From: an uncultured Bacteroidota bacterium
Lineage (GTDB): Bacteria; Bacteroidota; Ignavibacteria; UBA10030; UBA6906
Assembly: GCA_963700635.1 (NCBI GenBank)
Contig: CAVOYH010000004.1
Location: 352,001 to 416,000 of the forward strand
Direction: 5' to 3'
DNA length: 64,000 bases
Shown here: positions 48,227-57,403 of the stretch, one piece after another
Position numbering within the stretch: position 1 is the stretch's first letter
Layout of the letters: every line of letters begins with the position of its first letter
Notes under the pieces: generated by a model
The model's database searches: none
What the model was told of the DNA's origin: nothing
What the model saw: only the letters and a program-made list of their open reading frames with translations
Program-made: the position numbers and the translations under genes

Positions 48227-49759
48227 ATGGTAAAGAAGTATGTTTTTGCATCTGTGCTCCTGGTGGCCGTGGGCATTATCGTCGGTGCGATACTGGTCTC
48301 ATCTGTGGGGAATGGCGTGGATCTGGGTTTCGCGCTGGGCTCGGGTGACGTCAAACTCGGAGGAACCGCACCAGTCGCTATCCAGAATCAAGCAGTAAAA
48401 GCCCTGAGCGACAATTTCGCCGCGGTGTCAAAGGCGGTATCACCTTCAGTTGTTGCGATTAAGACGACGACAACGGGTAAGGAACGTCAGAGCAGAATGC
48501 CGCGCGACTTTTTCCACTTTTTTGGACCGGAACTGCAAAACCCGAATCAGGCGCCTGAGCCCTCACAGGGATTTGGGTCCGGGGTGATCCTTACGGCCGA
48601 CGGCTACATCGCTACCAACAACCATGTTGTCGAGGGCGCGGCTGATGGCGGGATCGAGGTGACACTCAATGATAAGGTTTATTTTAAGGCAAAACTTGTT
48701 GGGGCAGATCCCTCAACGGACCTTGCGGTGATTAAGGTCGAAGCGACGGACCTTGTTCCCGCGGCGCTTGGCAACTCCGAATCTGTTCAGGTTGGGGAAT
48801 GGGTCGTTGCCATCGGCAATCCGCTTGGCCTCACCTCCACGGTGACCGCAGGGATCGTCTCCGCGATCGGGCGGAATATCAACATCATCCAGGATAACTA
48901 TGGGATTGAGAATTTTATCCAGACCGACGCGGCAATCAACCCGGGGAACAGCGGCGGAGCGTTAGTAAACATGAGCGGCGAACTGATCGGTATCAACACC
49001 GCTATTGCCACGACAAACGCCAGATATCAGGGATATGGGTTCGCAGTCCCGGTGAACCTGTTGAAGACGGTAGCCGCTGATCTTATAAAGTACGGGGAGG
49101 TGCGCAGGGGATACGTCGGCGTATCGATCGGACTTGTGGATCAGAAAATGGCTGATGCGCTGGGGATGAAGGAAGCGAAGGGGGTAATGGTTCAGGCGCT
49201 GGTTGCAGACGGAGCGGCCAGGGCGGCGGGCATTAAGGAAGGGGATGTGATCCTTACCGTTGACGGGCGCGAAGTGAACAGGCAGAATGAACTTCAGTCG
49301 TATATTGCCACACGCCATCCGGGCGATGAAGTCACGCTGAAGGTGTTCCGGGATGGAAAGACGTTCGAGAAAAAGGTTGTCTTACGGCCACGACAGCCGG
49401 AACCCGAAATCGCACGCGGGGAGGGCGAGAAACCGGCAGAACGGGAGGCCACAGCGGATTCACCGCGAAGTGTCACGTTTGACAATCTTGGATTTGGTGT
49501 TCGGGCGCTTACTTCAGCGGAAGCCAAAGCGCTCAACGGTGAAAAAGGCGTGATCGTGGCAGACGTTAAGCCGTACGGGGAGGCGGCCAGCCGGTCCATC
49601 CGGAAGGACGATATCATCCTGGAAGCCGACCGGAAAGAAGTTGCCTCGCCGGCCGATCTGAAGAGGATCATCGAGGGTCGAAAAGCAGGGGAATCAGTTC
49701 TATTTAGGGTCAAACGGGACAACACAACCGCCTTTATAGCGCTGCAGATACCCCGTTAA
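48227..49759 (+). CDS. degP: DegP/HtrA serine endoprotease with two PDZ domains
   Basis: GSGVI, TNNHV, DLAV, IGNPLG and QTDAAINPGNSGG motifs, then two PDZ domains. Confidence 0.93.
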   Translation: MVKKYVFASVLLVAVGIIVGAILVSSVGNGVDLGFALGSGDVKLGGTAPVAIQNQAVKALSDNFAAVSKAVSPSVVAIKTTTTGKERQSRMPRDFFHFFGPELQNPNQAPEPSQGFGSGVILTADGYIATNNHVVEGAADGGIEVTLNDKVYFKAKLVGADPSTDLAVIKVEATDLVPAALGNSESVQVGEWVVAIGNPLGLTSTVTAGIVSAIGRNINIIQDNYGIENFIQTDAAINPGNSGGALVNMSGELIGINTAIATTNARYQGYGFAVPVNLLKTVAADLIKYGEVRRGYVGVSIGLVDQKMADALGMKEAKGVMVQALVADGAARAAGIKEGDVILTVDGREVNRQNELQSYIATRHPGDEVTLKVFRDGKTFEKKVVLRPRQPEPEIARGEGEKPAEREATADSPRSVTFDNLGFGVRALTSAEAKALNGEKGVIVADVKPYGEAASRSIRKDDIILEADRKEVASPADLKRIIEGRKAGESVLFRVKRDNTTAFIALQIPR

Positions 49760-49774
49760 TATCCCACAGACTCC

Positions 49775-49818
49775 GGACGGGTCCCTGCATTGACTGCCGG
49801 GGCCCGTCTGTTTTTTTT
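49775..49818 (+). terminator. Intrinsic terminator after degP
   Basis: GACGGGTCCC...GGGGCCCGTC stem followed by T8. Confidence 0.75.
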
Positions 49819-49836
49819 GCGATTCGGGCCGAAAAC

Positions 49837-49865
49837 TTGACAAATAGACCCCTTGGACGTATATT
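49837..49865 (+). promoter_or_regulatory. Strong sigma70 promoter for HNH-trpS-scpAB-rluB
   Basis: TTGACA-N17-TATATT. Confidence 0.8.
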
Positions 49866-49988
49866 TTTTAATACGTTGGACCAGTTGACACATAAGGGGA
49901 AGGCAACTTCAGCGCACATAGGAGTGTATACGGTCACCCGGGTCGGCTTAACGCGAAGGTTCTTATTCTGAATCAGAATTACGAGCCC

Positions 49989-50450
49989 ATGAGCGTCGTG
50001 AATGTCAAGAAGGCCATAGGTCTTCTGTTTCGCGGTAAAGCAGAGCTGATTGAGGCACAGAACGGACAGCTTGTCCGTGCCGTGTCGGTGGCGATGCCGT
50101 TCCCCAGCATTGTCCGCCTGTCAGTGTTTGTCAAAGTCCCCTACAAGAAGATCATACTATCCCGCAAGAACATCCTCCGCCGCGACGGGCATCGGTGTCA
50201 ATATTGTGGAAGGGGGGACCTTCCATTGACGGTAGACCATGTGATTCCCGTGTCACGTGGAGGAGAGGACGCCTGGGAGAACCTGGTCTGTGCCTGTGTC
50301 CGGTGCAACAACAAGAAGGGAGACCGGACTCCGGAGGAGGCGCTGATATCCTTGCGACGCAAACCCATGCGCCCCAACCATGTCACGTTTATCCGTCATG
50401 TGGTGGGGTCTCTCGACGAGCGGTGGAAGCCCTACCTTTTCCTGAATTGA
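49989..50450 (+). CDS. HNH endonuclease (McrA-like family); true start probably upstream
   Basis: NILRRDGHRCQYCG, TVDHVIPVSRGG and WENLVCACVRCNNKKG motifs. The conserved LNAKVLILNQNYEP lies in frame upstream of this ATG. Confidence 0.88.
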   Translation: MSVVNVKKAIGLLFRGKAELIEAQNGQLVRAVSVAMPFPSIVRLSVFVKVPYKKIILSRKNILRRDGHRCQYCGRGDLPLTVDHVIPVSRGGEDAWENLVCACVRCNNKKGDRTPEEALISLRRKPMRPNHVTFIRHVVGSLDERWKPYLFLN

Positions 50451-50508
50451 TGCAGGCCGGGGTCATTCGCTCGGATGTCCCCCTGCACACCAATCCACTA
50501 CGGATCGT

Positions 50509-51489
50509 ATGAATCAACGTAAGACTATTCTGAGCGGGATGCGCCCGACCGGCAAACTCCATCTTGGCCATCTGGTGGGTGCGCTGGAAAGTTGGGTCGC
50601 ATTACAGGGCGAGTATGACAATTTTCATCTTATTGCAGACTATCATGTCCTGACCACCAATCTCGACTCTTCCGCCATTCAGGCTAATTCCATCGACATG
50701 ACCATCGATTGGCTGGCGGCGGGCATCGACCCCTCACGGAGTCCGGTTTTCCGCCAGTCGCAGATCAAGGAGCATGCCGAGCTGCATCTGATCTTTTCAA
50801 TGCTTATTACCGCCGCCCGTCTCGAACGGAATCCCGCGGTAAAAGACCAGGTTCGTGATTTGCAGATTGAGAATATTACCTACGGCCACCTGGGATACCC
50901 GGTGCTGCAAGCGGCTGACATCCTCCTGTACAAAGGCGATCTCGTGCCGGTTGGTGAAGATCAGGTTCCGCACGTCGAGATCTCCCGCGAGATAGCCCGG
51001 CGTTTTAATACACAGTATGGAACGGTGTTTCCCGAACCGGAGCCAAAACTTACACAATTTGCCCGCCTTCCGGGGCTCGACGGAAAGCGTATGAGCAAGT
51101 CGGTAGGCAATACGATTGTGCTCTCAGATCCGCCGGACGTGATTCAACAAAAACTGCGCGGGGCGGTAACTGATCCGTTGAAGGTCCGGAAAAATGATCC
51201 CGGCCGGCCGGAGATTTGCCTGGTGTTCACGTATCATCAGAAGTTTAACCCGGCGGAAACCGGCGAGATCGCGGCAGGGTGCCGGTCCGGAGCTCTCGGG
51301 TGTGTGGAATGCAAGCGCCGCGTATGCGCCCGGATCACGGATGCGCTGGCTCCATTTCGTGAGAAACGTGCATACTTTGATGCACATCCCGGAGAGGTCG
51401 AACAGATCCTTGACGATGGGGAACAACGTGCTCGCCTTCGCGCCCGGGAGACCATGGCCGAAGTTCACACCGCCATGAAATTCGGATAA
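50509..51489 (+). CDS. trpS: Tryptophan--tRNA ligase
   Basis: SGMRPTG, HLGH, YPVLQAADIL, VPVGEDQ and RMSKS motifs. Confidence 0.97.
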   Translation: MNQRKTILSGMRPTGKLHLGHLVGALESWVALQGEYDNFHLIADYHVLTTNLDSSAIQANSIDMTIDWLAAGIDPSRSPVFRQSQIKEHAELHLIFSMLITAARLERNPAVKDQVRDLQIENITYGHLGYPVLQAADILLYKGDLVPVGEDQVPHVEISREIARRFNTQYGTVFPEPEPKLTQFARLPGLDGKRMSKSVGNTIVLSDPPDVIQQKLRGAVTDPLKVRKNDPGRPEICLVFTYHQKFNPAETGEIAAGCRSGALGCVECKRRVCARITDALAPFREKRAYFDAHPGEVEQILDDGEQRARLRARETMAEVHTAMKFG

Positions 51490-51493
51490 TAGC

Positions 51494-52237
51494 ATGTATC
51501 GCGTTAAACTCACAGAATTCGAAGGCCCGCTCGACCTCCTCCTGTTCTTTATCAAACGGGATGAGCTGGACATCACCAACATCCCGATTTCACAGATTAC
51601 CCAGGAGTTCCTTGAATACTTGCATCTGATGGCGTCGCTTGACCTCGAGCTGGCAGGTGACTTTATCGTCATGGCGGCGACCCTGATGCAGATTAAGGTG
51701 CGCATGTTGCTGCCGCGTGATGAACAAACCACGGAAGAGGAAGATCCGCGGGCGGAACTTGTGCGTCGCCTGATCGAGTACAAACGGTTCAAAGAGATGG
51801 CACAGGAATTCGGTTCACTGGAAGAGGAAGAACGGAAAATCTACTACCGGCGGTTCTTTGATGCCGACACAACAATCCTCGTGGAAGAGGAGGAGGATGG
51901 ATTCCTCAAGGATATCTCCCTCTTCAACCTTATTGCGGCATACAAATCGGCACTCGATCAGATGCCGCGAAAGATCGTCCACGAGGTCCAGTTGATGTCG
52001 GTTTCGGTGGACGAACAAATGAGCTTTGTCATGGATTTTCTTCGTGTGCATGGTCCGACGACCTTACTTCAGCTCGTCGCGCATATGGTTGAAAAAATCC
52101 GCGTCATCGTCACGGTCATGGCGGTGCTGGAACTCACAAAGAACAAGGTGATTGGTCTTGCCGCCGTGGAGGGCCGCGAAGATATCGCGATCCGGCCTTT
52201 GATCCCACTCGCGCCCATGACCATTGCGATGCCATGA
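51494..52237 (+). CDS. scpA: Segregation and condensation protein A
   Basis: FEGPLDLLL, MAATL..IK and LELTK motifs. Confidence 0.93.
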   Translation: MYRVKLTEFEGPLDLLLFFIKRDELDITNIPISQITQEFLEYLHLMASLDLELAGDFIVMAATLMQIKVRMLLPRDEQTTEEEDPRAELVRRLIEYKRFKEMAQEFGSLEEEERKIYYRRFFDADTTILVEEEEDGFLKDISLFNLIAAYKSALDQMPRKIVHEVQLMSVSVDEQMSFVMDFLRVHGPTTLLQLVAHMVEKIRVIVTVMAVLELTKNKVIGLAAVEGREDIAIRPLIPLAPMTIAMP

Positions 52238-52926
52238 ATGCCGAACTCCTCCCACCGCCCGTCAGCAGACAAATCCTGGACATTCTTGAGGCACTCCTGT
52301 TTGCCGCGGACGAACCGCTTTCGACCAGGCAGCTGATCGATCTGCTGGATTACCTGTCAGACCAGGAACGTCCTCGGCCCCTGAATGCGGACACAATCCT
52401 CTCGTGCATCATGTTTATGAATCGCGAGTATGAGCATCACGGCAGAACCTTCCGCATCAAAGCCATCGCGGGCGGATTCCAGTTTGCCACGCTGCCTGAG
52501 TATGCTGTTTGGCTCGGCCGGTTGGTGAAAGAAAAATCAAAACGAAAGCTCTCCGTCTCCGCGCTCGAGAGCCTTGCGGTGATCGCCTATAAACAACCCG
52601 TGACAAAGCCGGAAATCGAAGCAATCCGGGGCGTGAACGCGGACTACGTCCTCCGTACCTTGATGGAGCGGAATCTTGTCACGATTGTTGGACGTGCGGC
52701 AACGCCGGGAAGGCCTCTGCTCTACGGTACCACAAGCGATTTCCTCAAACATTTTGGCCTGAATGACCTCGCCGAACTTCCCAAACCGCGGGAAATCAAC
52801 GAACTTATGGCAGAAGCCGAATATGAGGTGGAAAAACGTATGCTGCGTGAGCTTGAGGAGAAAAAGGCGGCGGAAGAAGAAAGTGATGGCGGACAGGGAC
52901 TTCACCTGGTCGGAGACGACGAATGA
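52234..52926 (+). CDS. scpB: Segregation and condensation protein B
   Basis: EALLFAA, LESLAVIAYKQPVT, IRGVN, PGRPLLYGTT and FLKHFGL motifs. Confidence 0.95.
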   Translation: MNAELLPPPVSRQILDILEALLFAADEPLSTRQLIDLLDYLSDQERPRPLNADTILSCIMFMNREYEHHGRTFRIKAIAGGFQFATLPEYAVWLGRLVKEKSKRKLSVSALESLAVIAYKQPVTKPEIEAIRGVNADYVLRTLMERNLVTIVGRAATPGRPLLYGTTSDFLKHFGLNDLAELPKPREINELMAEAEYEVEKRMLRELEEKKAAEEESDGGQGLHLVGDDE

Positions 52927-53696
52927 TCAAACGCGCGCCTAAAGCCTCCACACGCCAGGATGACGCCGGGCAGAAGGTACGGCTCAACCGTTTCCTCAGC
53001 ATGTGCGGCGTGTCCTCCCGACGCAAAGCGGATGAAATGATTTCCGGCGGACTCGTCAAGGTGAACGGCGTTGTGATGACCACGCTGGGTTGTACCGTGC
53101 GTCCGGGAAAGGACCGCGTGTTCGTGAATGGTAAAGAGGTTGCCCATGTGGACGCGCCGATCTACCTGGTGATGAACAAGCCGAAAGATACCATCACAAC
53201 GGCACATGATGAACGCGGACGTCCCACGGTGATGGATCTTGTTCACTCACGGAAACGTGTGTTTCCCGTCGGGCGACTTGATCGGAATACCACCGGCGTA
53301 CTCCTGTTCACAAACGATGGCGAATTCGCACACGCCATGATGCACCCCCGCTCCAAAGTCCCGAAAGCATACCTTGTCACCTGTGACAAAGCCGTGGAAC
53401 GCGACCACATCGCACAACTGCGGACAGGGATCCGTCTGGACAAGAAGATGACTGCACCCGCTGAGGTGTTTCCGGTGCCGGGAAGTCGCGGGAAAGAGGT
53501 CGGCATCACCATCCGGGAAGGCTGGAACAGGCAGATCCGCCGCATGTTCGAATCATTCGAATACGATGTCCGCAAACTCGACCGGGTCGCCTACGGTCCG
53601 GTAACGAAGGAAGGACTTCCACGCGGGGCAACGCGCGCTCTTACGCCCAGAGAAATACGCGAGTTGAAACGGGTTGCAGGCATCGAGAGGGATTGA
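52923..53696 (+). CDS. rluB: RsuA/RluB family pseudouridine synthase
   Basis: S4 domain RLNRFLSMCGVSSRRKAD, PVGRLD, LFTNDG and NRQIRRM motifs. Confidence 0.88.
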   Translation: MIKRAPKASTRQDDAGQKVRLNRFLSMCGVSSRRKADEMISGGLVKVNGVVMTTLGCTVRPGKDRVFVNGKEVAHVDAPIYLVMNKPKDTITTAHDERGRPTVMDLVHSRKRVFPVGRLDRNTTGVLLFTNDGEFAHAMMHPRSKVPKAYLVTCDKAVERDHIAQLRTGIRLDKKMTAPAEVFPVPGSRGKEVGITIREGWNRQIRRMFESFEYDVRKLDRVAYGPVTKEGLPRGATRALTPREIRELKRVAGIERD

Positions 53697-53699
53697 TCC

Positions 53700-54755
53700 A
53701 TGCAGAAAACCACACTCCGCTTTGTCATGTGTGTTCTTACCCCCGCGTTGCTTCTCGCTTCCTGCTCCCGATCCGTGTACCGGGAAGTGTATCCTACACT
53801 TACCGATAAACGGTACGATTCCGAGTTCCCGTACAGGGGTTGCTCCGAGCAATTGGAGGCGATCAGCGAAACGGTGCATATGCTCAGCAGCATCGCCTAC
53901 TACAGAACGTATACATTTACCGAATCTGAACGGATCACCCGTTCACAACTGACGCCCCGCCTTTTCAAAGAGAGGCAGGATCGATCCGTCTATGTGAACA
54001 GCACGGCCTCGGGGACTGCTACGGTGATTCACTACGACGAGCGGCGCGTGGTTCTTATGTCCTGCGCGCATATCGTGGACTTCGAAGATACGGTGCTCTC
54101 GTTTTATGTGGGGAGCGACCGGCGGATGACGACGGCCCTCAAAAGTGTCGCGGTCAAGGAGAAACAGACAAACTATGTGGCCGTCCTGCCGGAAGGTGGC
54201 GAGATGACCATCCTCGCGATGGACAAGAAGGAAGATATTGTGCTGCTAGGAAAACGGTTTTCGACAGAGCCTGCGAATCGAATCCGGGTGTTCAATTATC
54301 CGGCCGGCAAGGCCCGCGAGCTGGAATGGGGATCATTCGTCTACCTTTTCGGATATCCGTCCGGCTACAAGATGGTGACAAAGGGTATTATCAGCAGTCC
54401 CAACAAAGACCGCCGTGGCACATTTATGGTGGATGCCATGTTCAGCCGTGGTTTCAGCGGGGGGATCGCCCTGGCAATCCGGGATGGAGTGCCGAATTTT
54501 GAACTTGTCGGGATTATCAAACTGGTGTCCGCACGGTCTTCGTATGTTCTGGTTCCAGAAAAAGAGAATGGGGAGACCGTCTACGACCCTGCAGTTCCGT
54601 ACTCGGGCTCCCTGTATGTCGAGCGAAAGACGGAAATCGAATCCGGGATTACCCAGGCAGTGCCTGTTGAGGCGATTCGTGAATTCATCCGGGCAAGTGC
54701 GCCGGCCCTCCTGGATATGGGATATACGGTGACTGGATTGTTGAAACAGGAGTGA
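53700..54755 (+). CDS. Lipoprotein with trypsin-like peptidase domain
   Basis: Lipobox LAS-C. SGTA, SCAHIV (His), EDIVLL (Asp) and GFSGG (Ser) form a candidate triad. Confidence 0.7.
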   Translation: MQKTTLRFVMCVLTPALLLASCSRSVYREVYPTLTDKRYDSEFPYRGCSEQLEAISETVHMLSSIAYYRTYTFTESERITRSQLTPRLFKERQDRSVYVNSTASGTATVIHYDERRVVLMSCAHIVDFEDTVLSFYVGSDRRMTTALKSVAVKEKQTNYVAVLPEGGEMTILAMDKKEDIVLLGKRFSTEPANRIRVFNYPAGKARELEWGSFVYLFGYPSGYKMVTKGIISSPNKDRRGTFMVDAMFSRGFSGGIALAIRDGVPNFELVGIIKLVSARSSYVLVPEKENGETVYDPAVPYSGSLYVERKTEIESGITQAVPVEAIREFIRASAPALLDMGYTVTGLLKQE

Positions 54756-54764
54756 CAGATCCCA

Positions 54765-55604
54765 GTGCCTGATCAGTTAAAAAGTATTCTGCTCTCGGAT
54801 CTTGCGCTCGCGCGGCGTATCGAAGCCGCTGATGCCGCCGTGGGGGTGACATCGGCCGAGATCCACGCCCGGCTGCATCCGGAATCGGGCGCGTTGGCGG
54901 AACCGATAGCCGGTGGGATCGCCGTGTTTGTGGGGGTCAATTCGTCGTTGACGCAGGCATTGGGGATCGGCATGCGGGGACCGGTCCGGTCCTCGGAGAT
55001 GGACCGGCTTGAACGGTTTTTCGTTTCGCGCGGTGCGCCGGTTCACGTGGAAGTGTGCCCGATGGCCGATCCATCATTGCTGGAAGAACTCGGAAAACGG
55101 GGATATGACCTGCGGGAATTCTCCAACATGCTCGTGCGCAGGATACGCGTCATCGAAATGCCCCCTGCAGCCTCATCGCCGATCAGCGTGCAGCTAAGCT
55201 CGCCAGAGGAAGCTGATGTATGGGCGCGGACGGTGGCGATCGGATTTGGTGAAGATCTCGCTGACACATCGGAGAATGTTTAGGTGCTCCGCGATCTTGT
55301 CCTCCGGCCGACGACGAAATGCGTCCTTGCGTGGGTGGGGGGAAGGCCTGCGGGAGGTGGCGCGTTGTCTATCCACGATGGCGTGGCTGCCATTTTTGGA
55401 GCCAGCACCCTTCCCTCGTTCCGACGCCTGGGCGTGCAGAGTGCTGTGATCCGGGCACTGATCACCTATGCACTCGAAGCTGATTGTGATGTTGCATACA
55501 CACTCACCCGCCCCGGCAGCGTGTCCCAGCGTAATGTTGAACGCCAGGGATTCCGGGTGGCCTACACGCGGTGTTCGCTTGTGCGTCCTGAAGAACGAAA
55601 GTAG
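54765..55604 (+). pseudogene. GNAT acetyltransferase interrupted by a single in-frame TAG (55281-55283)
   Basis: ORFs 54765-55283 and 55284-55604 abut in the same frame (ENV*VLRDL). The C-terminal half has the acetyl-CoA motif STLPSFRRLGVQSA and SQRNVERQGF. Confidence 0.75.
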
Positions 55605-55637
55605 ATCAATACTCGAATGCCAGAAGGCCCTGAACCT

Positions 55638-56696
55638 ATGCCCACTCACGTTGCACAGCGGGCACGGCGTGAATTCCTCCACGCAGCCGGTGCCACCGTT
55701 GCTGCCAGTCTGTTCCTGCCTGACACCGCCCTTGCCGGACCCCGGCCCGCTCGAAAACCCCCCCGTCTGAAAGAAGGGGATACCGTCGGGCTCATTAATC
55801 CCGCCGGCGCCACCCATGTCAGGGCGGATCTGGACATTGTGACGGAGACGCTGGAAACTCTCGGACTCTCCTGGAAATTTGGCGAACACCTCACGGACCG
55901 ATACGGGTATCTGGCAGGCAGCGATGCAGACCGCGCTTCCGATATCAACACCATGTTTGGGGATCCGGACATCCATGCCATTATGGCAGTCCGGGGAGGA
56001 TGGGGGTGTAACAGGCTGCTCGATCTGCTCGACTATGATCTGATCGCCCGGCGCCCCAAGATCCTCGTGGGATATAGTGACATCACTTCGTTGCTCGTCG
56101 CCTGTCATGCACGATCCGGTCTGGTAACATTCCACGGACCGGTCGGGACATCCACCTGGAATCAATTCTCCGTCGGCTATTTTAAGCGGGTGCTTATGGA
56201 TGGGAGCCAGGAGGTGTTCCGGAACCCGCGGATCACCGGTGACAACCTCGCACAGACCCGCGACCGCATACAGGTGATAACACCGGGTACGGCCCGCGGC
56301 GTTCTTGTCGGAGGCAACCTGTCTGTCCTGACCGCCATGATCGGGTCTGCCTATCTTCCGCGATGGGAAAAGGTGATTCTCTTTCTTGAGGATGACGGGG
56401 AACAGATCTACAGGATCGATCGGATGCTGACGCATCTTCGTCTGGCGGGAATTCTCGAAACCCTTGCAGGCTTTGTGTTCGGCAAATGCACACACTGTGA
56501 GCCCGCGGACGGGTACGGATCCCTTACCCTGGAGGAGGTCTTCCGTGATCTTGTCGCACCGCTCCGGATTCCCGCCTTCGCCGGCGCGATGATCGGGCAC
56601 ATTGAAAACAAATTCACGGTGCCGCTTGGCATCGAGGTGGAGATGAATGCGGATGATGGGAGTATTCGCATGCTGGAGAGTGCGGTAGAGTTGTAG
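55638..56696 (+). CDS. LD-carboxypeptidase (peptidase S66) with Tat signal
   Basis: ARREFL twin-arginine signal, with RGGWG, GYSDIT, GGNL, FLED and IGH motifs. Confidence 0.9.
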   Translation: MPTHVAQRARREFLHAAGATVAASLFLPDTALAGPRPARKPPRLKEGDTVGLINPAGATHVRADLDIVTETLETLGLSWKFGEHLTDRYGYLAGSDADRASDINTMFGDPDIHAIMAVRGGWGCNRLLDLLDYDLIARRPKILVGYSDITSLLVACHARSGLVTFHGPVGTSTWNQFSVGYFKRVLMDGSQEVFRNPRITGDNLAQTRDRIQVITPGTARGVLVGGNLSVLTAMIGSAYLPRWEKVILFLEDDGEQIYRIDRMLTHLRLAGILETLAGFVFGKCTHCEPADGYGSLTLEEVFRDLVAPLRIPAFAGAMIGHIENKFTVPLGIEVEMNADDGSIRMLESAVEL

Positions 56697-56740
56697 CACG
56701 TTGTGGTACCTCATCGTTTGTTCACACCAGAGAGGTTTGT

Positions 56741-57403
56741 ATGGCATCAGTGGTCTCACGCCTGTTCTCCGAAACCGATCGTGACCGTATCCGCGCAGCC
56801 GTTGTTGACGCCGAGCAGAAAACGTCGGGAGAAATCGTCCCATATGTAGTTGATCGATGTGACACGTACGAATTTGCCGAGTGGCGGGGCGGAGCACTTC
56901 TTGGGATGACCGTCGCAACGGTGTTCGCCGCACTCCACGAACTGACCCCCCTCTGGCTTCCGCTGGATTTCGCCGGGCTTGTCATCGTCACCATTGTCGC
57001 ATTTGTGGCAGGGATGCTGATGGTGCGGATTTTCCGCCCGCTGAAGCGCGTGCTGGCCGGAGGCGCGGAGATAGATCACCGTGTTTCTCAACGGGCAGCG
57101 GAAGCATTTGTGTCTGAAGAAGTGTTCAAAACACAGGATCGAACCGGGATACTCCTCTTTGTCAGTCTGCTGGAACACCGCGTTCTCGTGGTCGGTGATG
57201 CCGGCATCAACAGGGTGGTCAAGAAGTCAGACTGGGAGGATGTTGTGGCTACCGTGATCGCAGGTCTGAAAGCGGGTACTCCCGCTGACGGGCTCGTCCG
57301 TGCGATTGGCTTGTGCGGCGAACTTCTGCAAGGATCAGGGGTGCAGCGTCGCGCCGACGACACGGATGAACTGTCAGACGGCTTGAGAATGAGCGATCGA
57401 TGA
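56741..57403 (+). CDS. TPM-domain membrane protein
   Basis: AEQKTSGEI, two TM segments, RTGILLFVSLLEH, GDAGI and DELSD motifs. Confidence 0.85.
   Translation: MASVVSRLFSETDRDRIRAAVVDAEQKTSGEIVPYVVDRCDTYEFAEWRGGALLGMTVATVFAALHELTPLWLPLDFAGLVIVTIVAFVAGMLMVRIFRPLKRVLAGGAEIDHRVSQRAAEAFVSEEVFKTQDRTGILLFVSLLEHRVLVVGDAGINRVVKKSDWEDVVATVIAGLKAGTPADGLVRAIGLCGELLQGSGVQRRADDTDELSDGLRMSDR

Noticed and set aside
55194-56933. 579 aa minus-strand ORF
   Set aside because: Antisense to the GNAT, S66 and TPM genes, which have clear motifs. No domain features of its own.
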